Origin: an uncultured Methanomassiliicoccus sp.
GTDB taxonomy: Archaea; Thermoplasmatota; Thermoplasmata; Methanomassiliicoccales; UBA472
Length of the DNA stretch: 64,000 bases
NCBI GenBank assembly: GCA_964585915.1
Contig: CAZPFU010000004.1
Span: 45,686-109,685, forward strand
Direction: 5' to 3'
Shown here: positions 1-7,085 of the stretch, one piece after another
How positions within the stretch are numbered: position 1 is the stretch's first letter
How the letters are laid out: the number at the start of each line of letters is the position of its first letter
The notes under the pieces: generated by a model
Databases searched by the model: none
What the model saw: the letters and a program-made list of their open reading frames with translations, nothing else
Told to the model about the DNA's origin: nothing
Translations under genes and position numbers: made by a program

Positions 1-621
1 GAGCGCATCATCCGGTTGGCGTTCGATCATGCCAAGAAAACGGGCGTGAACCGTTTGACCGTAGTGACGAAAGCGAACGTCATAAAGAAGACCGACGGCA
101 AGTTCCTGAGCATTGCCGAGCGCATAGCGAAGGAGTACCCGGGGGTCAAGTGGGACGACTGGTTCATTGACATCATGACCGCCAAGCTCATCGACCCCTA
201 CCGCCGCGCCGAGTTCAAGGTCATGGTGCTGCCGAACCTTTACGGTGATATCATCACTGACGAGGCGGCGCAGATCCAGGGAGGCGTCGGAACCGCAGGC
301 AGCGCCAACATCGGCTCTCGCTACGCCATGTTCGAGGCGATCCATGGCTCCGCGCCGCGCATGGTCGAGGAGGGACGAGCGCAGTACGCCGATCCGAGCT
401 CCATCATCAAGGGAGCGGCGATGCTGCTGAACCATGTCGGTTACATGGACAAGGCTAAAAAACTGGAGATGGCCCTGGACCTCTGTACCCAGTTCGAGAA
501 GAGGATCAGGATGACCGGCCGTTCCGATGGCGCGACAGGCGAGGAGTTCGGACGCTACGTGCTGGAGACGGTGGCCAGGATGGACCTTGAAGGATCTTGG
601 AAGAAGGCCAGCGGCAACTGA
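1..621 (+). CDS. isocitrate/isopropylmalate (beta-decarboxylating) dehydrogenase family protein, C-terminal part; 5' end outside window
   Basis: Frame open from nt 1 to TGA 619-621; family motifs NLYGDIITDEAAQIQGGVGTAGSANIG and AMFEAIHGSAP. Confidence 0.85.
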   Translation, partial: ERIIRLAFDHAKKTGVNRLTVVTKANVIKKTDGKFLSIAERIAKEYPGVKWDDWFIDIMTAKLIDPYRRAEFKVMVLPNLYGDIITDEAAQIQGGVGTAGSANIGSRYAMFEAIHGSAPRMVEEGRAQYADPSSIIKGAAMLLNHVGYMDKAKKLEMALDLCTQFEKRIRMTGRSDGATGEEFGRYVLETVARMDLEGSWKKASGN

Positions 622-626
622 TGTTA

Positions 627-632
627 TTTTTT
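627..632 (+). terminator. oligo-T tract (T6) just after the stop codon; archaeal-type terminator candidate
   Basis: tga tgtta TTTTTT c directly downstream of the 1..621 CDS. Confidence 0.3.
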
Positions 633-844
633 CAAACACTATCCCGTTTCACATTTTATAAAATGAATCAGATAGTTTTATCATGTCTTGGAAAAATACA
701 TTCTGACGCAGGGAAACCTAGGTGTTCAGGTTAAGGCGGACCTGGAGCGGTCCGGTTGGACCTTGATCACCTTCGACTTCTTCCTCACCGAGCGGAGGAG
801 GGGTGCGCGAGCGACCCTTGAAGAAGGGGTAGGGAGGTAGACCT

Positions 845-1705
845 ATGTCGAATATGGAGATGCAGCAGACAATCTTGGCAGCCCTGATCATGGTTATGCT
901 GATCGCAACGGTGTTCTTTGCGTTCGCCAACAACACCGCGGATGAGGATGAGCAGTGGATATCTCCTGAGGGACGTTTCACCTACCGCGTACAAGTGGAA
1001 CTGGAAGGTATGGTCTACAACGGCACCGAGGTGGTGAACACCATGGGTTCGAACATATGGACCTGGGAGAACGAGACCTTCGCGGAAATGCTGGAGGAAG
1101 CGAGGGATGAGCCCAATTCCTTCGTTTTCCTGCACGTCATCAGCATCGGTATCTATCAGATATTGATGGACAAGGTGCAGATGGACACCCCTTGGGGCGT
1201 CAAGAAGCTCGATCGCGGGATCACGCTCTGGCCTGACCTTGAGGGCGGGTTCCTCATGAGAGTATCGTACGGAGGGGGTGAAACGCTTCTCACCTATCGT
1301 CATGACATCATCGCCAAGAACTGGAGGGCCACGTTCCTGCTCACGGGGACGGACTATCAGGGACTGGAGAACAAGGACCGGGAGTGGTCGGACCGCCAGA
1401 GGTACATCGGCACCTCCGACGAATATTACGGCGATGTGTGGACCCTGCGCGGGGATTCCGAGCTGCGGTTGATGAGCGCGGACGACAAGGAATACGAGGT
1501 GTCTGTGAAGAACTATGCTTATTACCATTTCAGCCAGGAAGTGATGATGAGCATGTTCGAGGGCGGCACATTGCGCTATGACGAGGAGAGGTCGGTCATC
1601 GGCAACGGCAGCGTCCGGTTCAAGCTGGAAGGGGACTGGTATCTGCGGATCATAATGCCGGAGGGTGACCAGCCCAACCTGTTCATGATGGATTCAAGGG
1701 GTTGA
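845..1705 (+). CDS. hypothetical membrane-anchored/secreted protein
   Basis: 286-aa ORF; SD-like GGGAGGT 7 nt upstream of ATG; N-terminal hydrophobic helix ILAALIMVMLIATVFFAF followed by acidic soluble domain; no family recognised. Confidence 0.6.
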   Translation: MSNMEMQQTILAALIMVMLIATVFFAFANNTADEDEQWISPEGRFTYRVQVELEGMVYNGTEVVNTMGSNIWTWENETFAEMLEEARDEPNSFVFLHVISIGIYQILMDKVQMDTPWGVKKLDRGITLWPDLEGGFLMRVSYGGGETLLTYRHDIIAKNWRATFLLTGTDYQGLENKDREWSDRQRYIGTSDEYYGDVWTLRGDSELRLMSADDKEYEVSVKNYAYYHFSQEVMMSMFEGGTLRYDEERSVIGNGSVRFKLEGDWYLRIIMPEGDQPNLFMMDSRG

Positions 1706-1769
1706 ACCCGAACTCGACCCCGGTGATGGAAGGACGCTCACCGTCCAGACGGAGAAAGGAAGAGAAAGA

Positions 1770-2114
1770 TCACTCGCCGGTCTGCTGGCTCTGGTACTTG
1801 GTGTAACGGTCCAGATAATAGATCAGGCCGTCCATGACCTCCTTGGTGATGGTCCCGGCGGCCTGCTGCTCGCGGACGTAGTCCTTGGCGTCCTTGATGC
1901 TCAATCGGGATGCCTTGGCAATAACGCTCGCCAAGAACGTAGATGCTAGGTCGGGGTCCATCTGGTTGTCCACGAACAGCTCCCGGACGTCGTACCTGAA
2001 CTCGCCCAGGCGGCGTTGGTTAAGCATGCCAACGCGGGTGGAGGGCGCGTCACGGTCCCGGTAGTTGTTCGGTTTCCCCGCCTTGCTCTTGTTCCTGTTA
2101 GGTCGATACGCCAA
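1770..2114 (-). CDS. hypothetical small protein (basic disordered N-terminus, helical C-terminus)
   Basis: 114-aa ORF; TATA-like TTTATAATAA on the minus strand about 30-40 nt upstream of ATG; no family recognised. Confidence 0.5.
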   Translation of the reverse strand: MAYRPNRNKSKAGKPNNYRDRDAPSTRVGMLNQRRLGEFRYDVRELFVDNQMDPDLASTFLASVIAKASRLSIKDAKDYVREQQAAGTITKEVMDGLIYYLDRYTKYQSQQTGE

Positions 2115-2228
2115 AGTGATTTCTCCGGGATGAAGTGATGAGGAGTTATTATAAATACTTTGCCAAAATAAGAATAAATTGATTAAAATAATAAAAGCGA
2201 GAAAGATGTTTTACGGCCGGTAACTGGC

Positions 2229-2699
2229 CTATTTCTTCTTGGCCGGTTTCTTACCTGCCCCGGGCTTCACGGAGACCTTCCTCGGGACGGCCTTTGTGCT
2301 GAGCAACTTCTTCTCCGCGTCCTCCTCGTCCCATTCCTCGAACAGCTCGGTGATGCCCTCGCGTGCGGTGGACCAGGACGGAACGCCTCCAGTGAGCACC
2401 GCTATGTTCAGGGCCTCCATGATCTCCTCCCTCGTGGCACCGCAGTTCTTGGCCACCTTCGCCTGCGGATAGATGCATCCGTCACACATGCGGACGGCGA
2501 CGCAGGCCAAGGCGATCAGCCGCTTGGTCTTGCGGTCCAACGCCCCGTCGGTGTTGATGACCTTGTCCATGTCCCGGATGATGACCGCCAGGGCGGGGTG
2601 GTTGTTCTTGATGTGATGCAGGGTCGGCGGAACGTAGCCGCCCATCTGCTGCTCCAGCTCATCCACGGCCTTCTTGGCCTTCATCTTGCAGTCGTTCAT
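2229..2699 (-). CDS. carboxymuconolactone decarboxylase / AhpD-like family protein with lysine-rich C-terminal tail
   Basis: CxxC core VRMCDGCIYPQAKVAKNCGATREEIMEALNIAVLTGG typical of CMD/AhpD fold; tail KPGAGKKPAKKK. Confidence 0.75.
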   Translation of the reverse strand: MNDCKMKAKKAVDELEQQMGGYVPPTLHHIKNNHPALAVIIRDMDKVINTDGALDRKTKRLIALACVAVRMCDGCIYPQAKVAKNCGATREEIMEALNIAVLTGGVPSWSTAREGITELFEEWDEEDAEKKLLSTKAVPRKVSVKPGAGKKPAKKK

Positions 2700-2852
2700 T
2701 GGCTGAATAATGGCAGTGGGTTGTTCATATCTTTTTCTTTACTTTTTATTCTTGATGCTACGGGCGTAGAGTACGAGAAAGGAACCAACTATTACGATTA
2801 CTCCGAAGATAAAAATACGAGGATGATGGATTGGTGATCAAGAGGTTGACAT

Positions 2853-3023
2853 ATGGCTACGAGATCCTTCACTGAACGTTTTGAGATTCAGGACGATGAG
2901 TCAGCCTCGGCTTTTCTAAAAGCTGCGGACGAAGCCCGAGATCGCAAGCCAATCGAGAGAAAGGATGTGCTAAAGGATCGGGAGAGTGGCTTGAGATACC
3001 TGAGAGAAAGGTATTCCCATTAA
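2853..3023 (+). CDS. small ORF (56 aa), candidate antitoxin/partner of downstream GNAT
   Basis: ATG 2853 to TAA 3021-3023 (below the 60-aa cut-off of the ORF track): MATRSFTERFEIQDDESASAFLKAADEARDRKPIERKDVLKDRESGLRYLRERYSH; stop overlaps first open codon of GNAT frame. Confidence 0.35.
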   Translation: MATRSFTERFEIQDDESASAFLKAADEARDRKPIERKDVLKDRESGLRYLRERYSH

Positions 3024-3553
3024 GGGACCTGCTATCGACCATTGACGAGTCAGATGTTCTTTCAGATCTCTCCTCGTTCTGTTGCGCCAGGGATCCAGAT
3101 GTCCAGGATTTCCTTCTGAGGACCGCGATTCCTTATGAAAAGGCAAATAAAGCGAGAACTTACCTAATAATCGATCTGCCGTCGAACAGGGACCGGGAAC
3201 CTGCCATAATCGCTTACTTCTCCATAGCGTTGAAGTGTTTCCATATCGGCGATGGTGTTTCGGTCACGATGAAGAGACGGTTGAACGGGATATTCCAGAA
3301 CGATATTCTTCCCTGCTATCTATTAGGCCAGGTCGACAAGAACGACCGATACGCTGACATGATCAAGGGAAAGGAGATCGTGGATCTGGCGCTGAACATC
3401 GTCCTTGACGCCCATGAACTGGTGGGCGGGAGGTTTATCAGCGCTGACTGCAAGGACTCGGATGGACTACTGAGATTTTATCGAGATAGCGGGTTCACGG
3501 TCCTGCCGTCCGGGGATGGACGGGAATATCACCGTTTGGTTAGATTTATTTAA
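3020..3553 (+). CDS. GNAT N-acetyltransferase, TacT/AtaT-like toxin family candidate; start codon unresolved (only canonical start is TTG 3230)
   Basis: C-terminal GNAT core VGGRFISADCKDSDGLLRFYRDSGF; frame open back to 3020 encoding SSFCCARDPDVQDFLL...KARTYLIID, which resembles the F-D-C-G ... RTYV N-terminal signature; no ATG/GTG/TTG in codons 3020-3229. Confidence 0.6.
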   Translation, partial: LRDLLSTIDESDVLSDLSSFCCARDPDVQDFLLRTAIPYEKANKARTYLIIDLPSNRDREPAIIAYFSIALKCFHIGDGVSVTMKRRLNGIFQNDILPCYLLGQVDKNDRYADMIKGKEIVDLALNIVLDAHELVGGRFISADCKDSDGLLRFYRDSGFTVLPSGDGREYHRLVRFI

Positions 3554-3561
3554 TTCTTCAA

Positions 3562-3567
3562 TTTTTT
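3562..3567 (+). terminator. oligo-T tract (T6) after GNAT stop
   Basis: taa ttcttcaa TTTTTT aca. Confidence 0.3.
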
Positions 3568-3660
3568 ACAATTACGGCCATTGACATGATGGCAAGATAA
3601 TTTCCCAATGATGGGCAGGAATCGAAAATCGCGCAACCAAAGAAGGTTGTTCGTTGTCAA

Positions 3661-3687
3661 GAAAGAGGTTTGGTAAGGGGTTTTGGA
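3661..3687. repeat. copy A of a 26-27 nt element (GAAAGAGGTTTGGTAAGGGGTTTTGGA), 12 nt beyond phoU stop
   Basis: Near-identical to 7060-7085 immediately beyond pstS stop. Confidence 0.7.
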
Positions 3688-3699
3688 GCGTTCTCATCG

Positions 3700-4434
3700 T
3701 CACTTCAGGTCCAGCTCGGAACGGGGGTCGGGGTGCTCGAACACGCGGCACGGCGGCTGCTCCACGTTCCCGGTGCGCAGCTTGGGGTCCAGCCGCTCGC
3801 CGGTGACCATATGGTACACGTACTCGCCTATATTGCAGGCGTGGTCCGCCACTCGTTCCATGTAGCGGGCGACGAGGATCAGGTCGATACCAATGGTTAT
3901 CTTCCGGGGGTCCTCCATCATGTAGGTCAGGATCTCCCGGAAGATGGTGTCGTATAATGCGTCGACAGCGTCGTCCCGCTCATGAAGGTGAGATGCTTTT
4001 TCGGCATCCCTCTGCAAGAACGAATAAACGGCATCGTCCACTATGCCGACGACGAGGCAGGACATGGTGCGCAGCGACTCGAAGCGCTTGAACGCCTTTC
4101 CCTCCTCGAAATCATCAATGAGCTCGGCGATGTCCGTGGCGTATCGTCCGAAGCGGTTGAGGTCCTCCACCATCTTCAGGCAGGCGGATATTAACCGAAG
4201 GTCGCCGGCGACGGGCGAATGCAGCGCGATGATGTCCAGGCAGTGCTTGTCGATCTGCTCGTTCAGCTCGTAAACGCGCTTGTCAAGCACCCGCACCTCC
4301 TCGCGCAGGGAGAAGTCCATATCGGCGATCATCTGCACGGACTTCTCGAAGGCGGTCTTGGAGGCATTGGCCATTTCCGTAATTTCCTTGGTCAGCTCCT
4401 CCATCTCGTGGTTGAAGGTCGTTCGTGGCGACAT
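3700..4434 (-). CDS. phoU: phosphate transport system regulator PhoU
   Basis: Two PhoU repeats (DxxVDxLY-like ERDDAVDALYDTIF; ARYMERVADHACNIGE); ATGA overlap with pstB stop. Confidence 0.9.
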   Translation of the reverse strand: MSPRTTFNHEMEELTKEITEMANASKTAFEKSVQMIADMDFSLREEVRVLDKRVYELNEQIDKHCLDIIALHSPVAGDLRLISACLKMVEDLNRFGRYATDIAELIDDFEEGKAFKRFESLRTMSCLVVGIVDDAVYSFLQRDAEKASHLHERDDAVDALYDTIFREILTYMMEDPRKITIGIDLILVARYMERVADHACNIGEYVYHMVTGERLDPKLRTGNVEQPPCRVFEHPDPRSELDLK

Positions 4435-5225
4435 CAGCCCATCCTCCCGGTTATGTACTGCTCGGTCAGCTCCTTCTGCGGCTTCTCGAATATCTGTTTC
4501 GTATCGCCCATCTCTATCAGGTCGCCCAGGTAGAAGAAGGCCGTCCTATCGGATATTCGTGCCGCCTGCTGCATGCTGTGAGTGACTATCACCACCGTAT
4601 AATCCTTCTTCAGGTCCACCAGCAGGTCCTCGATCTTCGCTGTGGCTATCGGATCGAGAGCCGAACATGGTTCGTCAAAGAGGATGATCTCTGGATTGAC
4701 CGCCAACGTCCGCGCGATGCACAACCTCTGCTGCTGCCCTCCCGATAACGACGTCCCGCTCTTATCGAGGCGGTCCTTGACCTCGTCCCATAACGCCGCC
4801 CGGCGCAGGGAATGCCCCACAATATCGTCCAGTTCCTTCTTGGTGTGCTTGCGTCGTTTAGGCTTCCCCTCCACCATTTCCGCGACGCCGTGCAATCGCG
4901 GCCCGTAAGCCACGTTCTCGTAGATGCTCTTGGGGAAGGGGTTCGGCTTCTGGAACACCATGCCGATGCGCCTGCGGACGTCCACCACGTCCACGTCGTC
5001 ATCGTTGACGTCCTCCCCGTCCACCATTACTTTCCCCTTTACCGAGCAGCCGGGGATCAGGTCGTTCATGCGGTTTATGCACCTGATGAAGGTGGACTTG
5101 CCGCAGCCGGACGGGCCGATCACGGCGGTCACCTGGTTCATCTCGATGTCCATGCTGACGCCCTTGAGGGCGTGGTTCTTGTCGAAGTATACGTGAAGAT
5201 CGTCGGTGTGGATTGCGGTCGTCAT
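4434..5225 (-). CDS. pstB: phosphate ABC transporter ATP-binding protein PstB
   Basis: Walker [10 protein letters not shown], signature [13 protein letters not shown], Walker B ILFDEP; start taken at [14 protein letters not shown] (ATG 5225); the longer ORF to 5558 overlaps pstA and is rejected. Confidence 0.95.
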   Translation of the reverse strand: MTTAIHTDDLHVYFDKNHALKGVSMDIEMNQVTAVIGPSGCGKSTFIRCINRMNDLIPGCSVKGKVMVDGEDVNDDDVDVVDVRRRIGMVFQKPNPFPKSIYENVAYGPRLHGVAEMVEGKPKRRKHTKKELDDIVGHSLRRAALWDEVKDRLDKSGTSLSGGQQQRLCIARTLAVNPEIILFDEPCSALDPIATAKIEDLLVDLKKDYTVVIVTHSMQQAARISDRTAFFYLGDLIEMGDTKQIFEKPQKELTEQYITGRMG

Positions 5226-5227
5226 AG

Positions 5228-6106
5228 TTACCACCTGTACTTGTCGCGATATCTCTTTCTGAGCACGATAGCGATGAGGTTCATTCCCAGCACCAGAAGC
5301 AGCAGCACCAGCGCGGTGGCGTACTGGATCGGGCGAGTGGCCAGCAGATCGGATGATTGCGTGGCCATGTAGAACACGTGATATGGCAATGCCATGAAGC
5401 TGTCGAAGAAGCTGTCCGGCAGGCGCTGCAGGGACATCGCCACTCCGGTCAGCATCAGCGGCGCGGTCTCTCCGGCGGCCCTGGAGACGGAGAGGATTAT
5501 GCCGGTGAATATTCCCGGCAGCGCGTAAGGAAGGACGTGATGCCAGATGGTCTGCCATTTCGTGGCGCCTAGCGCGTACGAGGCCTCGCGGACCGTACCG
5601 GGCACGGCGGCTATGGCCTCCCTGGCGGATGATATCATCAGCGGCAAGGTCATTATGCTCAATGTGAGCCCGGCGGAGATCAGGGAGAAACCCAATCCCA
5701 GATAGGCCACGAATATCCCCAGCCCCAGGAGCCCATACACGATGGAGGGCACCCCGGCCAGATTGTAGATGGCCAGCTTGAACACCCGGCCCATCCAGGA
5801 GCTCTGCTCGTACTCCACCAGATAGATGGCGGACATCACGCCTATCGGGACCGATATGGAGAGTACTATCAGCATCAGGTAGAACGTACCTACGATGGCC
5901 GGCAGTATCCCTCCCTCGGTGTTGGCCCGGCGGGGCATCTCGGTAAGAAATTCAATGCTGAGGCGTTCCAATCCGCCGGTGGCGATGTATCCCAGCAGCA
6001 CCACCAAGGCCAGCACGACCAACAGGGCGCATACCCGGAACATGGTGAAGACCGCCGTCTCGGTGGCCTTACGATTCAGCATCATCAGTAGTCCTCCTTG
6101 AAGCAC
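5228..6106 (-). CDS. pstA: phosphate ABC transporter permease PstA
   Basis: Multi-TM permease with EAA-like loop [26 protein letters not shown]; alternative start ATG 6085 gives TGATG overlap with pstC stop. Confidence 0.9.
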   Translation of the reverse strand: MLQGGLLMMLNRKATETAVFTMFRVCALLVVLALVVLLGYIATGGLERLSIEFLTEMPRRANTEGGILPAIVGTFYLMLIVLSISVPIGVMSAIYLVEYEQSSWMGRVFKLAIYNLAGVPSIVYGLLGLGIFVAYLGLGFSLISAGLTLSIMTLPLMISSAREAIAAVPGTVREASYALGATKWQTIWHHVLPYALPGIFTGIILSVSRAAGETAPLMLTGVAMSLQRLPDSFFDSFMALPYHVFYMATQSSDLLATRPIQYATALVLLLLVLGMNLIAIVLRKRYRDKYRW

Positions 6107-6975
6107 CGGGTGACCCAGTCGGCCAGGAAATTGATGATGAAGGTGATCACGAACAGCACCAGTCCGACCAGGAAGAGCACGTGATAGTGCTCGGAGCCGA
6201 ACTCCACCTCGCCGAAGTCTATGGCTATGGCCGCGGTCATCGTCTGCACGGAGCGCAGGATATCGAAGTGTAGCAAGGTCGCGTTCCCGGTGGCCATGAG
6301 CACCGTCATCGTCTCACCGACCGCCCTGCCGAAGGCCAGAACAATCGCGGCCACCACTCCTGACAACGACGCCGGGACCACCACATGCCGGATGGTCTCC
6401 CACCTGGTGGCGCCCAGGGCCAGGGACGCCTCGCGGAGGCTCCGAGGTACCGCATTCATGGCGTCCTCGGCCACGGTGACCATGATCGGCACCATCATCA
6501 CCGCCAGCATGATCGCCCCGTTCAGGGCGTTCAGCTTGGTCACCGGGTCGAAGACCACGGCGATCCATTCAGAAAGTATCACTAACGCAAAGAAACCGAA
6601 TATGACGGACGGGATTCCGGCCAGTATCTCGATGGCCGGTTTGAACACGGCTTTCACGCGGGGGCTGGCCAGCTCCGCCAGCCATATCGAGCAGCCCAGG
6701 CCCACCGGTATGGCGATCAACGCCGCGCCGAAGGATACCATGAGCGTTCCGACGAACAGCGGTAGTATCCCGTACAACGGGTACATGGGGTGGGAGGGGT
6801 TCCACACCGTGCCGGTGAAGAAATCGATGATATTGATGGAGGAGAACGCCGGCAGCGCCCCCATGAGCAGCTCGCCGAACACCGCGGCCAAGGCCACCAC
6901 GGAGGACCAGGTGGCGACGGTGAGCGCCAGCTGGATCGCCTTCTCCCGGGGAGGAAGATGCTTGTTCTTGCGCAT
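6085..6975 (-). CDS. pstC: phosphate ABC transporter permease PstC
   Basis: Permease with AEDAMNAVPRSLREASLALGATRWE; start at ATG 6975 preceded by AAGGGAGG SD (longest ORF starts at GTG 7011). Confidence 0.9.
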   Translation of the reverse strand: MRKNKHLPPREKAIQLALTVATWSSVVALAAVFGELLMGALPAFSSINIIDFFTGTVWNPSHPMYPLYGILPLFVGTLMVSFGAALIAIPVGLGCSIWLAELASPRVKAVFKPAIEILAGIPSVIFGFFALVILSEWIAVVFDPVTKLNALNGAIMLAVMMVPIMVTVAEDAMNAVPRSLREASLALGATRWETIRHVVVPASLSGVVAAIVLAFGRAVGETMTVLMATGNATLLHFDILRSVQTMTAAIAIDFGEVEFGSEHYHVLFLVGLVLFVITFIINFLADWVTRCFKEDY

Positions 6976-7037
6976 CCTGCGCCTCCCTTCCGTTCTCAAC
7001 TTTAACGCCACTCTAACAACGCTCCTTTGGGGTTTTT

Positions 7038-7085
7038 GAAGGGGTTTGGAAGATCCATTGAAAGAGGTTGGTTAAGGGGTTTGGA
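7038..7085. repeat. copy B (7060-7085, GAAAGAGGTTGGTTAAGGGGTTTGGA) plus partial copy (7038-7050, GAAGGGGTTTGGA) of the pst 3'-flank element
   Basis: Abuts the pstS stop codon (tca 7086-7088) in the pstS-pstC spacer. Confidence 0.7.

Noticed and set aside
3670-3957. Antisense ORFs 3670..3957 and 7068..8129 both begin with SD + TTG + MV(K/R)GFG inside the repeated 26-nt element. Could they be real small genes?
   Set aside because: Similarity ends after six codons. The rest mirrors the sense-strand phoU/pstS codons and has shadow-frame composition. The shared start is a by-product of the repeated element, which is reported as a finding instead.
5226-5558. N-terminal extensions of tracked ORFs running into the upstream gene: pstB to 5558, aroDE from 32529, shikimate kinase from 33407, aroC from 35166, COG2122 from 40845, hisF from 46003, PHP from 47372, pheA from 49769, cobY to 59807, cobS to 60532.
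   Set aside because: The extensions overlap the preceding conserved gene in another frame and have aberrant composition. Conserved N-termini with SD motifs or ATGA/TTGA coupling sites define the shorter starts.
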